From Dehalococcoidales bacterium (GTDB taxonomy: Bacteria > Chloroflexota > Dehalococcoidia > Dehalococcoidales > RBG-16-60-22), in NCBI GenBank assembly GCA_034430495.1, contig DAOUEG010000115.1:1-62600 (forward strand): a stretch of 62,600 bases of DNA, written 5' to 3'. The notes beneath the pieces were generated by a model. The model saw only the letters and a program-made list of their open reading frames with translations, was not told the DNA's origin and searched no databases. Numbering within the stretch: the stretch's first letter is position 1; each line of letters starts with the position of its first letter. This document shows, piece after piece, positions 53,318-61,827 of this stretch. The translations under genes and the position numbers were made by a program.

Positions 53318-54400
53318 ATGGAGGTCCGCATCAAGTATCGTCCTTTCGGCACCACCGGACGCGAGGTGTCCGTGCTCGGGCTGGCGCTCGGCAACGTGCC
53401 GCCGGAAGCGGTCGAGGCCGTGCTCCGGGCGGCGCTGGCGCGGGGCATCACCTATCTGGAAATCGGCCGGCATGAAGAGCAGGTCTGCCGCCTCGTCGGG
53501 CGGGCGGTGCGGGAAGCCGGAACGGACGTCTTTATCACCGTCAGCGTCCCGCCGGGGCATTTCGATACGGGGTTCGACCTGAAAGCCTGGCTCCGGGAGC
53601 GGGCCGGCTGGCTGGGGGTAAAAGCCCTCGACGGGCTGGACTTCGCCGGGCTCGACCGCAACACCTGGCCGCGCCTGCGGGAGGCGGGGCTGCTGAAAAA
53701 AGCGGACGGTCTGGCAAGACACCTCGGGTTCTCGTTCTACGACCAGGCGCTCTACCTGCGGCCCGTTCTGCGGGAGTTCGGCGGATGGGCCTTCTGCCGG
53801 GTCAACGCCAGCTTCATGGACGCCGACCGCCTGCCGGGGGCGGAGGGGCTCATCGCCGCGGCGGCAGAAGCGGGACTGGCGGTGGTGGCGGCCGAGCCGC
53901 TGCTGGAAGGCCGGCTGCTGAACAACCTCCCTGAAAGCGTGGCGCAGCTCTGGGGCGAGCGCTCCGCGGCCGGGTACGCCCTCCGCTGGGCCTGGCACCA
54001 GTCCCCGGTGGCGACGGCCGCCGTCACCCTGCGCACGCCGGACGAGGTGAACGAATACGCGGATATCGCGGACGGGCCGGAGCTCTTATCCGTACGAGAG
54101 GAAGTCCTCGTCAGCCGCGTGCGGGACGCCTACCGGGCGCTGCGGCCCGTCCCCTGCACCACCTGCCGGGCCTGCATGCCGTGCCCGCGGGGCGTTGACG
54201 CACCGCGTATTTTCGAGCTCTACAACGACGCCGTCATGTACGGAGACCGCGCCTATGGCCGGGCCGTGTACGAGCGGGAAGGGCACGATATCACCCTCTG
54301 CGATGAGTGCGGCGATTGCGCCCGGCGCTGCGGACGCCACATTGACATCCCGGCGCGGGTCAGGGAAGCGGTCGCCGGCCTGCGCCGGCCGGAACCATAA
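53318..54400 (+). CDS. Aldo/keto reductase-family protein with C-terminal 4Fe-4S ferredoxin-like domain
   Basis: 360 aa. YRPFGTTGREVSVLGLAL is AKR-type. C-terminal CTTCRACMPCP and CDECGDCARRC motifs. Confidence 0.75.
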   Translation: MEVRIKYRPFGTTGREVSVLGLALGNVPPEAVEAVLRAALARGITYLEIGRHEEQVCRLVGRAVREAGTDVFITVSVPPGHFDTGFDLKAWLRERAGWLGVKALDGLDFAGLDRNTWPRLREAGLLKKADGLARHLGFSFYDQALYLRPVLREFGGWAFCRVNASFMDADRLPGAEGLIAAAAEAGLAVVAAEPLLEGRLLNNLPESVAQLWGERSAAGYALRWAWHQSPVATAAVTLRTPDEVNEYADIADGPELLSVREEVLVSRVRDAYRALRPVPCTTCRACMPCPRGVDAPRIFELYNDAVMYGDRAYGRAVYEREGHDITLCDECGDCARRCGRHIDIPARVREAVAGLRRPEP

Positions 54401-54438
54401 CGGCATTGGCATTCCGCCGGAGTATCCCCTATAATCAA

Positions 54439-55932
54439 ATGAGCCACATGGACAATCAAAGGGTTCCCCTCAGCAAGGACACGGTCTTCTGGCAGGCGCT
54501 CTTCGCGGCGAAATCAATCGCCGTCATCGGCGCCAAGGACGTGCCCGGCACCTGGGGGTTCGATGCCCTCCACGCCGCGGTGGACTCCAGAAAGACGGAC
54601 CCGGAGCGGCGCGTCTACCCGGTCAATCCCAGCTGCGACAAGCTCATGGGGCTGACCTGCCGCAAGACCATCACGGAGATCCCCGGCCCGGTGGAGCTGG
54701 CGGTCATCGTGGTGCCGGCCCGGGCGGCGCCGCAGGTGTTTCGGCAGGCGGCGGAGAAGGGCGTCAAGGCGGTGGTCATCGTCTCGGCCGGGTTCGCCGA
54801 GGTGGACGCGGCCGGGGCGGCCCTCCAGGAAGAGATAATGGCGACGGCGAAGGAGTACGGCCTGCACTTCGTCGGGCCGAACTGCATCGGCCACGCCGAT
54901 TTCTTCACCCGGGTGGCCAGCGCCGGTCTGGCGAGCCGCCTCCCCTCCGGCCCCGTGTCCCTCGTCACCCAGAGCGGCACCCTCGGCGCCAGCCTCATGC
55001 AGACGGTGACGAGCCGGACGCTCGGGCTGGCCAAGCTCGTCAGCACCGGCAACGAGGCGAGCATCCACCTCGAGGACTGCCTCGAGTTTTTCGGCGACGA
55101 CCCCAAGACAGAGATCATCGCCTGCTACATCGAGGGCCTGCGCCAGGGGCGCCGCTTCTACGAGCTGGCCAGGGAGATTACGAAGAAGAAACCCATCGTC
55201 GTCATCAAGTCCGGCGGCACCGGGGAGGCGGCCAAGGCGGCCCACTCCCACACCGGGGCGCTCTCCGGGGCGGACGCCATCTACGAGGCGGCCTTCCGGC
55301 AGGCGGGCGTTATCCGGGCCGAGGACGAGGACGAGCTGGCGGACATCGCCCAGGGGCTGTGCTACCAGCCGCTGCCGAAGGGCAACCGTATCGCTATTTT
55401 GACGATGGGCGGCGGCTTCGGCGTGGTGACGGCGGAGGCCTGCGAGCGGGAAGGGCTCGCCATCGCCCACCTCCAGGACAAGACGATCAAGCGGCTCGAC
55501 GGCCTGCTGCCGGCCCGCTGGAACCGGGGCAACCCGGTGGACATGGTGGGGCTGCGGCCCGGGGCCGGGGACACGACCGTGCCCGGCTGCCTCCACGCCC
55601 TCCTCGACGACGCCAACGTGGACGCCGTCATCTCCCTCCTGCCGCCGAACCCCGGCATGTTCCAGGAAGTGATGCGGCTGAGCCCGGAAAAACTCAGGGA
55701 AGCCGCCGAGGCCAACGAGCGGTCCGTGGACAAGCTGGCCGGGGAGCTGAAAAGCACCTACGGCAAGCCGGTCTACATCATCAGCCGGTTCTCCCTGCGC
55801 GGCGAGCCCATCAAGACCGGCTACGTGCCCACCCACCAGATGCCGGAGTACACCCACAGCCGGCGGGGGGCCAAGGCCATCGGCCGGCTCGTCTGGTACC
55901 AGCACTACCTCGCCATGAGGAAGAAGCAGTAA
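54439..55932 (+). CDS. ADP-forming acyl-CoA synthetase (NDP-forming, acetate-CoA ligase family), alpha/CoA-binding subunit
   Basis: KSIAVIGAKD CoA-binding Rossmann fold, GPNCIG, SQSGTLG, and GHTGALSG-like AHSHTGALSG phosphohistidine loop. Start uncertain (ATG 54439 or TTG 54406). Confidence 0.85.
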   Translation: MSHMDNQRVPLSKDTVFWQALFAAKSIAVIGAKDVPGTWGFDALHAAVDSRKTDPERRVYPVNPSCDKLMGLTCRKTITEIPGPVELAVIVVPARAAPQVFRQAAEKGVKAVVIVSAGFAEVDAAGAALQEEIMATAKEYGLHFVGPNCIGHADFFTRVASAGLASRLPSGPVSLVTQSGTLGASLMQTVTSRTLGLAKLVSTGNEASIHLEDCLEFFGDDPKTEIIACYIEGLRQGRRFYELAREITKKKPIVVIKSGGTGEAAKAAHSHTGALSGADAIYEAAFRQAGVIRAEDEDELADIAQGLCYQPLPKGNRIAILTMGGGFGVVTAEACEREGLAIAHLQDKTIKRLDGLLPARWNRGNPVDMVGLRPGAGDTTVPGCLHALLDDANVDAVISLLPPNPGMFQEVMRLSPEKLREAAEANERSVDKLAGELKSTYGKPVYIISRFSLRGEPIKTGYVPTHQMPEYTHSRRGAKAIGRLVWYQHYLAMRKKQ

Positions 55933-55933
55933 G

Positions 55934-56617
55934 ATGCCGAAGAAAGCGGAGCCCCCCGAGGAACGACTCGTCAACGAGGTCGAGACCAAGGAGCGCCTCA
56001 GGAAGGCCGGTATACCGGTCATCGAGACACGGCTGGCCCGCACCCGCGCCGAGGCCGTCGAAACGGCCAAAGCCCTCGGCTTCCCGGCGGCCATGAAGAT
56101 CGTCTCGCCGGACGCCATCCACAAGACGGACGTCGGCGGGGTGAAGCTGGACCTCAGGAACGCGGCCCAGGCCGGCCAGGCCTACTCGGACATCATCGCC
56201 AACGTCAGGCAGCACGTGCCGAAGGCGAAAATCGAGGGCGTATCGGTGCAGCGGATGGCCGAGCCGGGCGTGGAAATCATCATCGGCATGACGATAGACC
56301 CGCAGTTCGGGCCGGTCATCATGTTCGGGCTGGGCGGCATCTTCGTCGAGGTCTTGAAGGACGTGTCCTTCCGGCTCGTACCGGTGGCCCGCATTGATGC
56401 CGCCGAGATGATACAGGAGATCCGGGGCAAGGCGCTGCTCGAGGGCTACCGAGGCCAGCCGCCGGTCAACCTCCCGGCGTTGGAGAAACTCATCGTCAAG
56501 GTGTCCGATTTCATCGAGAAGAACCCGGACGTGAAGGAGCTCGACCTCAACCCGCTCATCGCCACGGACAAGGGCATCGTGGCGGTGGACGCGCGCATGG
56601 TGCTCAAGGCAGACTAG
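55934..56617 (+). CDS. ADP-forming acyl-CoA synthetase, beta (ATP-grasp) subunit
   Basis: 227 aa. ATP-grasp pattern (GFPAAMKIVSPDAIHKTDVGGV) and ELDLNPL near the C-terminus. Confidence 0.85.
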   Translation: MPKKAEPPEERLVNEVETKERLRKAGIPVIETRLARTRAEAVETAKALGFPAAMKIVSPDAIHKTDVGGVKLDLRNAAQAGQAYSDIIANVRQHVPKAKIEGVSVQRMAEPGVEIIIGMTIDPQFGPVIMFGLGGIFVEVLKDVSFRLVPVARIDAAEMIQEIRGKALLEGYRGQPPVNLPALEKLIVKVSDFIEKNPDVKELDLNPLIATDKGIVAVDARMVLKAD

Positions 56618-56622
56618 GCTCG

Positions 56623-56666
56623 GTCATTACGAGGAGTCTTCCTCGGGCGGACGACCCGGCACTCTC
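56623..56666. repeat. REP-like palindromic unit, copy R7
   Basis: gtcattacgaggag-tcttcctcgggcgg-acgacccggcactctc. The first 14 nt are near-identical to R5. Contains a cgagg/cctcg hairpin. Confidence 0.6.
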
Positions 56667-56673
56667 TCTGTTG

Positions 56674-56709
56674 GTCATGCTGAGGGAGCGGAGCGACCGA
56701 AGAGGCTCG
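56674..56709. repeat. REP-like palindromic unit, copy R8 (short, degenerate stem)
   Basis: gtcatgctgagggagc-ggag-cgaccgaagaggctcg. Matches R2 (reverse complement) but lacks the nested hairpin. Confidence 0.6.
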
Positions 56710-56710
56710 T

Positions 56711-57367
56711 TCAGAACGCCATTGTTTTCAGGTCGTCGGCCACTCTCAGCTGCGGCCCGGTGAGGGTCTGCACCTCCTCCGGCGTCCAGCCGGGGGCGGT
56801 CTCCTTCAGCAGCAGGCCGTCCGGCGTGACCTCGATGACGGCGATGTCCGTGATGATGAGGTCCACGCAGGCGGGCGCCGTGAGCGGGTAGGTGCACTTT
56901 TTGAGGATTTTCGGCTCGTTGTTCTTCGTCGTGTGCTTCAGCACGCAGATGAGGTAGTGGGCGCCGAAGGCGAGGTCCATCGCCCCGCCCATGTTGCCGG
57001 GACGGCCGAGGCCGGTCGTCCAGTTGGCGAGGTCGCCCCGCTCCGAGACCTGCATCCCGCCGAGCACGCAGAGGTCAATGTGGCGGCCCCGTATCATGGC
57101 GAAGGACTCGTCGTGCTGGAAAAAACACATCCCCGGCTTGGGCGTGGCGAACTGGCCGGTGGCGTTGACGAGGTGGAAGTCCTGCTCCTCCTCGCGCTCC
57201 GGCGTCGGTCCGTAGCCGAGGCAGTCGAGCCCGGCGGCGACGGCCATCGTTAAGCTGTCCTCGTCCCAGTTCGCGACGGCCCGGCCGGTGGTGGCGGACC
57301 AGTCGCGGGTGCCGGGACCGAGCCGCCGCAGCGGCACGTAGGCCCCGCAGGAAACGATGCCGGTCAT
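56711..57367 (-). CDS. Chimeric ORF: HMG-CoA-synthase/thiolase-fold N-terminus (about 55 aa) fused in frame to a 5'-truncated 3-oxoacid CoA-transferase subunit B. Likely gene remnant.
   Basis: MTGIVSCGAYVPLRRL...WDEDSLTMAVAAGLDCL is the HMGCS-like start. From DFHLVNATGQ...MIRGRHIDLCVLGGMQVS...NMGGAMDL it matches AtoA/ScoB. The SENG catalytic-Glu region is absent. Confidence 0.6.
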   Translation of the reverse strand: MTGIVSCGAYVPLRRLGPGTRDWSATTGRAVANWDEDSLTMAVAAGLDCLGYGPTPEREEEQDFHLVNATGQFATPKPGMCFFQHDESFAMIRGRHIDLCVLGGMQVSERGDLANWTTGLGRPGNMGGAMDLAFGAHYLICVLKHTTKNNEPKILKKCTYPLTAPACVDLIITDIAVIEVTPDGLLLKETAPGWTPEEVQTLTGPQLRVADDLKTMAF

Positions 57368-57383
57368 CCGCTGAAGTCCTTTC

Positions 57384-57755
57384 TCACGCGTCCGGGCCTT
57401 TCTCCTGGTCCTCTTTTTCGCGATTCACGTAGTCCTGGTACCACTTCAGGCCGGAGCCGAAGATATCGGCGATGGCGATGCCGGACTTTTGTGATTTTTC
57501 CTCTTGCCGCTTGATTTGTTCCTTCACCTCGTCCAGCTTCGCCAGCAGCTCCCGGTGCCGCTCTTCCGCCCGCGCCTCCGCCTGTCCCAGCCGGAACGCC
57601 AGCAAAGCGAGGGCCAGCAGGCCGACCCCGCCGAGCTCCAGCCCGACGCGCGCCGCGACGCTGTCCACGAACCCGGAACTGACGATGCCGCCGATGCCGG
57701 CCAGGGCCAGTATCAGCGCGGCCAGGAGGTAAATCTTGGTGGTGGTGTTTGACAT
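57384..57755 (-). CDS. Small membrane protein with C-terminal coiled coil
   Basis: 123 aa. Two hydrophobic helices, then a charged EARAEERHRELLAKLDEVKEQIKRQEEK segment. Confidence 0.55.
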   Translation of the reverse strand: MSNTTTKIYLLAALILALAGIGGIVSSGFVDSVAARVGLELGGVGLLALALLAFRLGQAEARAEERHRELLAKLDEVKEQIKRQEEKSQKSGIAIADIFGSGLKWYQDYVNREKEDQEKGPDA

Positions 57756-57917
57756 GGGTTTTTCTCGCTCGTTTGGTTGAAAAGACGCCCGCCCGCCTCA
57801 GCGGTTACGCCCAAGTTTAGTCAAAGTACGCGGCCTTGTCAAAAAGGCGACGAAATCCGGTTTCCGGCCGGCCGGGACGCGTGCTATAATCGTGTGACCG
57901 AACAAGGAGGCACCGGT

Positions 57918-58895
57918 ATGAACATTCTCATCATGGGCGGCAGCGGGCTCTTCGGGCGGAAGACCGCGGCGGCCCTGCTCAGGGAAAAAGACGTGAAGCG
58001 CGTCGTCTCGCTCGACCTCGCCCCGCCGCCGGACTGGTTCCTGAAGGGCCTCGGCGCGGGAAAGGAGAAGTTCCACTACGTCCGCGGCAACGTGACGGAG
58101 CTCGAGGACGTCCTCAACGTCATGCGGACGCAGGCCATTGACCGGGTCATCAACTGGGCCTTCATCATGGTGGGCGGGGGCACCCGCATGGACCCGCGCC
58201 TGGTGACGAAGGTAAACGTCATGGGCATGAGCAACGCCTTCGAGGCCGCCAAGCTGATGGGCGCCAACCGCGTTGTCTACGCGAGCTCGGAGACCGTCTA
58301 CGGCCCCCAGGGCATGTACGGCGAGCGGCCGGTGACCGAGGACGACCCGACCAATCCCACTCACTCCTACGCGGTCTGCAAGAAGTACGCTGAAATCCTC
58401 GCGGGGGAATACTCCATGCAGTTCGGGATGCACTTCACCGGCCTGCGCCCGACCATCGGCTTCGGCCACGGGGGACGCTCGCCCGCGCAGTACTGGTCGG
58501 ACATGGCCTCCCTCTGCGCCGTCGGCAAGCCGTTCCACATGGAGGACGACGGCAACCGGCCGGAATCGCTCGTTTACGCGGACGACGTGGCCGAGTTCAC
58601 CAGGCGGGCCATCATGGCGGAATCATCCCCGCACCCGGTCTACAACGTCGGCGGACCGCCCAAGACGCCGCGGGACATGGCGGCGGTCATCAAGCAGTAT
58701 CTCCCGGACGCCAGCATCACCTTCGGGACGCGGGTGTCGGACAGCTTCCCCGGCGAGGCGGGGCTGCCGTGGCTGGTGAGCGGGGAGCGGGCCAAGCAGG
58801 ACTTCGGGTTCGAGTGCCTGCCGCTCGAAGAGGCCGTCCTCCGCCACCTCAACGACGCCCGGCTCGAGGCCGGGATGCCGGCCGTCAAGGGGTAG
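57918..58895 (+). CDS. NAD-dependent epimerase/dehydratase (extended SDR)
   Basis: 325 aa from ATG 57918 (SD AAGGAGG). MGGSGLFG Rossmann motif and YAVCK catalytic YxxxK. Confidence 0.85.
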   Translation: MNILIMGGSGLFGRKTAAALLREKDVKRVVSLDLAPPPDWFLKGLGAGKEKFHYVRGNVTELEDVLNVMRTQAIDRVINWAFIMVGGGTRMDPRLVTKVNVMGMSNAFEAAKLMGANRVVYASSETVYGPQGMYGERPVTEDDPTNPTHSYAVCKKYAEILAGEYSMQFGMHFTGLRPTIGFGHGGRSPAQYWSDMASLCAVGKPFHMEDDGNRPESLVYADDVAEFTRRAIMAESSPHPVYNVGGPPKTPRDMAAVIKQYLPDASITFGTRVSDSFPGEAGLPWLVSGERAKQDFGFECLPLEEAVLRHLNDARLEAGMPAVKG

Positions 58896-58917
58896 CGCGG
58901 GCGCGGCCATCCGCCCT

Positions 58918-59847
58918 CTAGTCCTTCTTGTGCGACCCCGTATAGGTGTGCGACGGCCCGGCGGAAAAGACGAGCGTCGGCGTCTTGATGTCGTGGAATT
59001 CCCACGGGCAATGTTTCGTTTTCTTCGGGATGCAGACGAGCGTGCTCTTGGTGGTGGCGTGGTACTCGTCCCCGAGGACGATTGACATCTCCCCGCCGAG
59101 GTCGCGCGGCCTGGCCGGGTCGGCCCCGGCCATGGCGATGAGCTCCGGCCACTCGTGGTCGTGCTCGCTCGCCGGGGCGGCGCCGGTACCCCGGAATATC
59201 CACACGAAGTCCACGTAGAAGGCGCCCGGCACCCGGTCTTCCTCGATGTGCATGATGCGTGCGCCCGTGAGGTTGGGGTTCGGCGGGGGCGGCGGCGGCG
59301 CGTCCTTCTTCTTGCCGGCCGCCACGGTGAAGTCCTTGTACAGCTCGTCCACGATGGCGTACTTCTTTTCCCCGGCCGGTTCCGTCACCTGCGGGACGAC
59401 GGTGCGGGTGTAGCGGGGCGTGATGGCGATGGTGATGAAGAAGGTGGGCCGGACGATTTTGTCGAAGCGTATCGGGCCGTGGACGACGCCGGCCGGGATG
59501 AAGATGATGCTGTTGCGCCTGATGGTCTCCTTCCGGCCGTCCAGCCAGACGGTAATCTCGCCGCCCATGTCCTGCGGGTCGTCAATGTGCCCGCCGGCGA
59601 AGGCGATGATATGGTCGAAATCGTGCCTGTGCGGTACGCCGGCCGGCTCCGCGGCGGCGCCTTCCCAGAGCCACAGGCTGTCCACGTAGAAGAAGCCGTC
59701 CTGCTTGTCGGCGCTCGTGCTCATGAGGTGGGTGGTCTTCACGCCGGGGACGGTGTCTTTTGACGTTTTCCCGCTCGCGTCGGCCAGCTCCATGACGTAG
59801 TTATCGGGGTCGTGAACCAGGCAATCTGCGTACTGCTGCGTCGCCAT
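58918..59847 (-). CDS. Uncharacterised bicupin-like protein, paralog 3
   Basis: 309 aa. SD AGGAGGAGG. Repeats HRHDFDHIIAFAG...IPAGVVHGP and EHDHEWPELIAMAG...IPKKTKHCP. Confidence 0.6.
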   Translation of the reverse strand: MATQQYADCLVHDPDNYVMELADASGKTSKDTVPGVKTTHLMSTSADKQDGFFYVDSLWLWEGAAAEPAGVPHRHDFDHIIAFAGGHIDDPQDMGGEITVWLDGRKETIRRNSIIFIPAGVVHGPIRFDKIVRPTFFITIAITPRYTRTVVPQVTEPAGEKKYAIVDELYKDFTVAAGKKKDAPPPPPPNPNLTGARIMHIEEDRVPGAFYVDFVWIFRGTGAAPASEHDHEWPELIAMAGADPARPRDLGGEMSIVLGDEYHATTKSTLVCIPKKTKHCPWEFHDIKTPTLVFSAGPSHTYTGSHKKD

Positions 59848-59904
59848 CGTGCCTCCTCCTGCCTTGGTGATAGCTCGGCGGCATTATAGCACAGGCCGGC
59901 GGCC

Positions 59905-59936
59905 GGGAAAAGGAAAGGCCCGCCGGAGGGCGGGCC
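59905..59936 (-). terminator. Rho-independent terminator of the split transketolase genes
   Basis: Minus strand ggcccgcc-ctcc-ggcgggcc (8 bp) followed by TTTCCTTTTCC. A TATAAT box (59883-59888, minus) follows for the bicupin gene. Confidence 0.7.
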
Positions 59937-59962
59937 CCGGTGGTTCTCGGTTCTCCGTGCGG

Positions 59963-60916
59963 CTAGGCGAGCATCGCCTTGACCGCGGCGACGGCCGCGC
60001 TCTGGTCGTAGCCGTACTTCTTGCGCAGCTCCTCGCCCTTGCCGAAGCCGGCGTACACCTGCGGGATGCCGAGCCGCTTGAAGTGCCTGGGGTAAATCCC
60101 CCCGTCGAGCAGCGCGTCTGCCACGCAGCTGGCCAGGCCGCCGTCCATGAGGTGGTCCTCCAGCACGAGGATGTTGCCGGTCTCCCTGACCGCCTTGTAG
60201 ACGAGGTCCGTATCGAGCGGCTTGATGGAGTACATGTCAATGACGCGGGTGCTGATGCCCTCCCGCTGGAGGGTATCCGCCGCGCCGAGGGCGTCGAAGA
60301 CGAGCTCCCCGTGGGAGATGATGGTGGCGTCCGTGCCCTCGCGGGGGGTGAGGCCCATGCCTATCCTGTACTCGTAGGTGCCGGGCTCGTAGAGCATCCG
60401 GTCCTTCTTGCCCTGCGCCAGCCGGATGTAGAGGGGGTGCGGGTAGTCCATACTGAGCAGCATGATGTCCCGGACCATGTTGGGGTCGCCGATGGAGAGG
60501 ACGGTCATGTTCACGAGCGATTTCATGATGGAGATGTCCTCCATGGCGTTGTGGGTCGAGCCGCCCTCGGAGGTGAGGCCGCCGCCCGTGCCGACGAAGC
60601 GGACCGGCAGGTCCTGGTAGCATATCGCCGTGCGGTTCTGCTCGCAGGCGCGCATCGTCATGAAGGGTATCATGCCGGCGATGAAGGGGATGTTGCCCTC
60701 CAGCGCCAGCCCGGCGGCGATGCCGGCCAGGTTCTGCTCGGCCACGCCGACGTCAATGTAGCGGTCCGGGAAGTCCTGCTTGAAGGTCTTGATACTGCCG
60801 CCCGTGTCCGCCGTGAGCGCCCAAACGGTATCGTACTTCTCGCCGAGCTCGTGCATGGTATCGCCCATGACGGAGCGGGCGGAGAGAAACTCGCCGAAGT
60901 TGAAGGTTACTTTCAT
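59963..60916 (-). CDS. Transketolase, C-terminal (pyrimidine-binding) subunit
   Basis: 317 aa. GVAEQNLAGIAAGLALEG and IGDPNM... motifs. ATGA overlap with the N-terminal subunit gene. Confidence 0.9.
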   Translation of the reverse strand: MKVTFNFGEFLSARSVMGDTMHELGEKYDTVWALTADTGGSIKTFKQDFPDRYIDVGVAEQNLAGIAAGLALEGNIPFIAGMIPFMTMRACEQNRTAICYQDLPVRFVGTGGGLTSEGGSTHNAMEDISIMKSLVNMTVLSIGDPNMVRDIMLLSMDYPHPLYIRLAQGKKDRMLYEPGTYEYRIGMGLTPREGTDATIISHGELVFDALGAADTLQREGISTRVIDMYSIKPLDTDLVYKAVRETGNILVLEDHLMDGGLASCVADALLDGGIYPRHFKRLGIPQVYAGFGKGEELRKKYGYDQSAAVAAVKAMLA

Positions 60917-61779
60917 GACGCGGAGCCCTCCTTGATCTTGGCGTAGTCGGCCTCGATATCGGCCAGGGCCTTCTTCGTGTCCTCGGCGCTGAGGGCCCCG
61001 GCGTGCCAGCCGAGGTCGTGCTCCATGAACCGGACGCCCTTGCCCTTCAGCGTGCTGGCGATGATAGCGGTCGGCCTCCCGTTGGTGACGGGCGGCAGGT
61101 TATCGAGGGCCTCGACGATCTGGCCCATGTCGTGGCCGTCTATCTCGACGACGTTCCAGTTGAAGGCCCGCCACTTGTCCGGGTAGGGCTCGAGGTGCAT
61201 GTAGTCGTTATCGAAGCTCGTCATGAGCTGCCGGTTGCGGTCCACCACGCCGATGAGGTTGCCGAGCCCGTAGGAGCCGGCCGTGTTGGCGGCCTCCCAG
61301 ACCTCGCCCTCGCAGGTCTCGCCGTCGCCCATCATGCAGAAGACGCGGTGGGTCTCCTTCTTCTGGCGGGCGGAGAAGGCGAGCCCCACCGCCACCGCCA
61401 GTCCCTGTCCGAGCGAGCCGGTGGAGCACTCGACGCCGGGGAGCTGAATCTTGCAGGGGTGCATGCCGTAGGCGCTGCCCAGCTTGCCGTAGGTGCGGAC
61501 GATTTCGTCGTAATCGAAGTAGCCCCGCAATGACATGGCGATGTACATGCAGACGGCCCCGTGGCCCTTGCTGAGCAGGAAGCGGTCCCGGGTGGGGGCG
61601 TGGATGTCCCCGGGGTCCACGTTCATGCCGTGGTGGTAGAGACCGATGAGGAGGTCCGTCATGGAGAGGTCCCCCCCGATGTGCACCACGCCGTCATAGC
61701 TGCCGCACAGGTTGATGAGCTTCTTGCGCATCTCGTAGGCGAGGTCCTGCAGGCGCCGGACCTCTTTTGGATCTGCCAT
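60913..61779 (-). CDS. Transketolase, N-terminal (TPP-binding) subunit
   Basis: 288 aa. SKGHG, GSLGQGL, and GDGETCEGEVWEA TPP motif. Confidence 0.9.
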   Translation of the reverse strand: MADPKEVRRLQDLAYEMRKKLINLCGSYDGVVHIGGDLSMTDLLIGLYHHGMNVDPGDIHAPTRDRFLLSKGHGAVCMYIAMSLRGYFDYDEIVRTYGKLGSAYGMHPCKIQLPGVECSTGSLGQGLAVAVGLAFSARQKKETHRVFCMMGDGETCEGEVWEAANTAGSYGLGNLIGVVDRNRQLMTSFDNDYMHLEPYPDKWRAFNWNVVEIDGHDMGQIVEALDNLPPVTNGRPTAIIASTLKGKGVRFMEHDLGWHAGALSAEDTKKALADIEADYAKIKEGSAS

Positions 61780-61827
61780 ACCCTGTCCTCCTCGTGGGAA
61801 AATCGGTTTGCTGCAAAAACGGCCCGG

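Noticed and set aside
56711-57367. Annotating this ORF as a functional CoA-transferase subunit B
   Set aside because: The N-terminal third, including the catalytic glutamate motif, is replaced by an unrelated thiolase-fold N-terminus, and no A subunit is adjacent. It is reported instead as a chimera or remnant.
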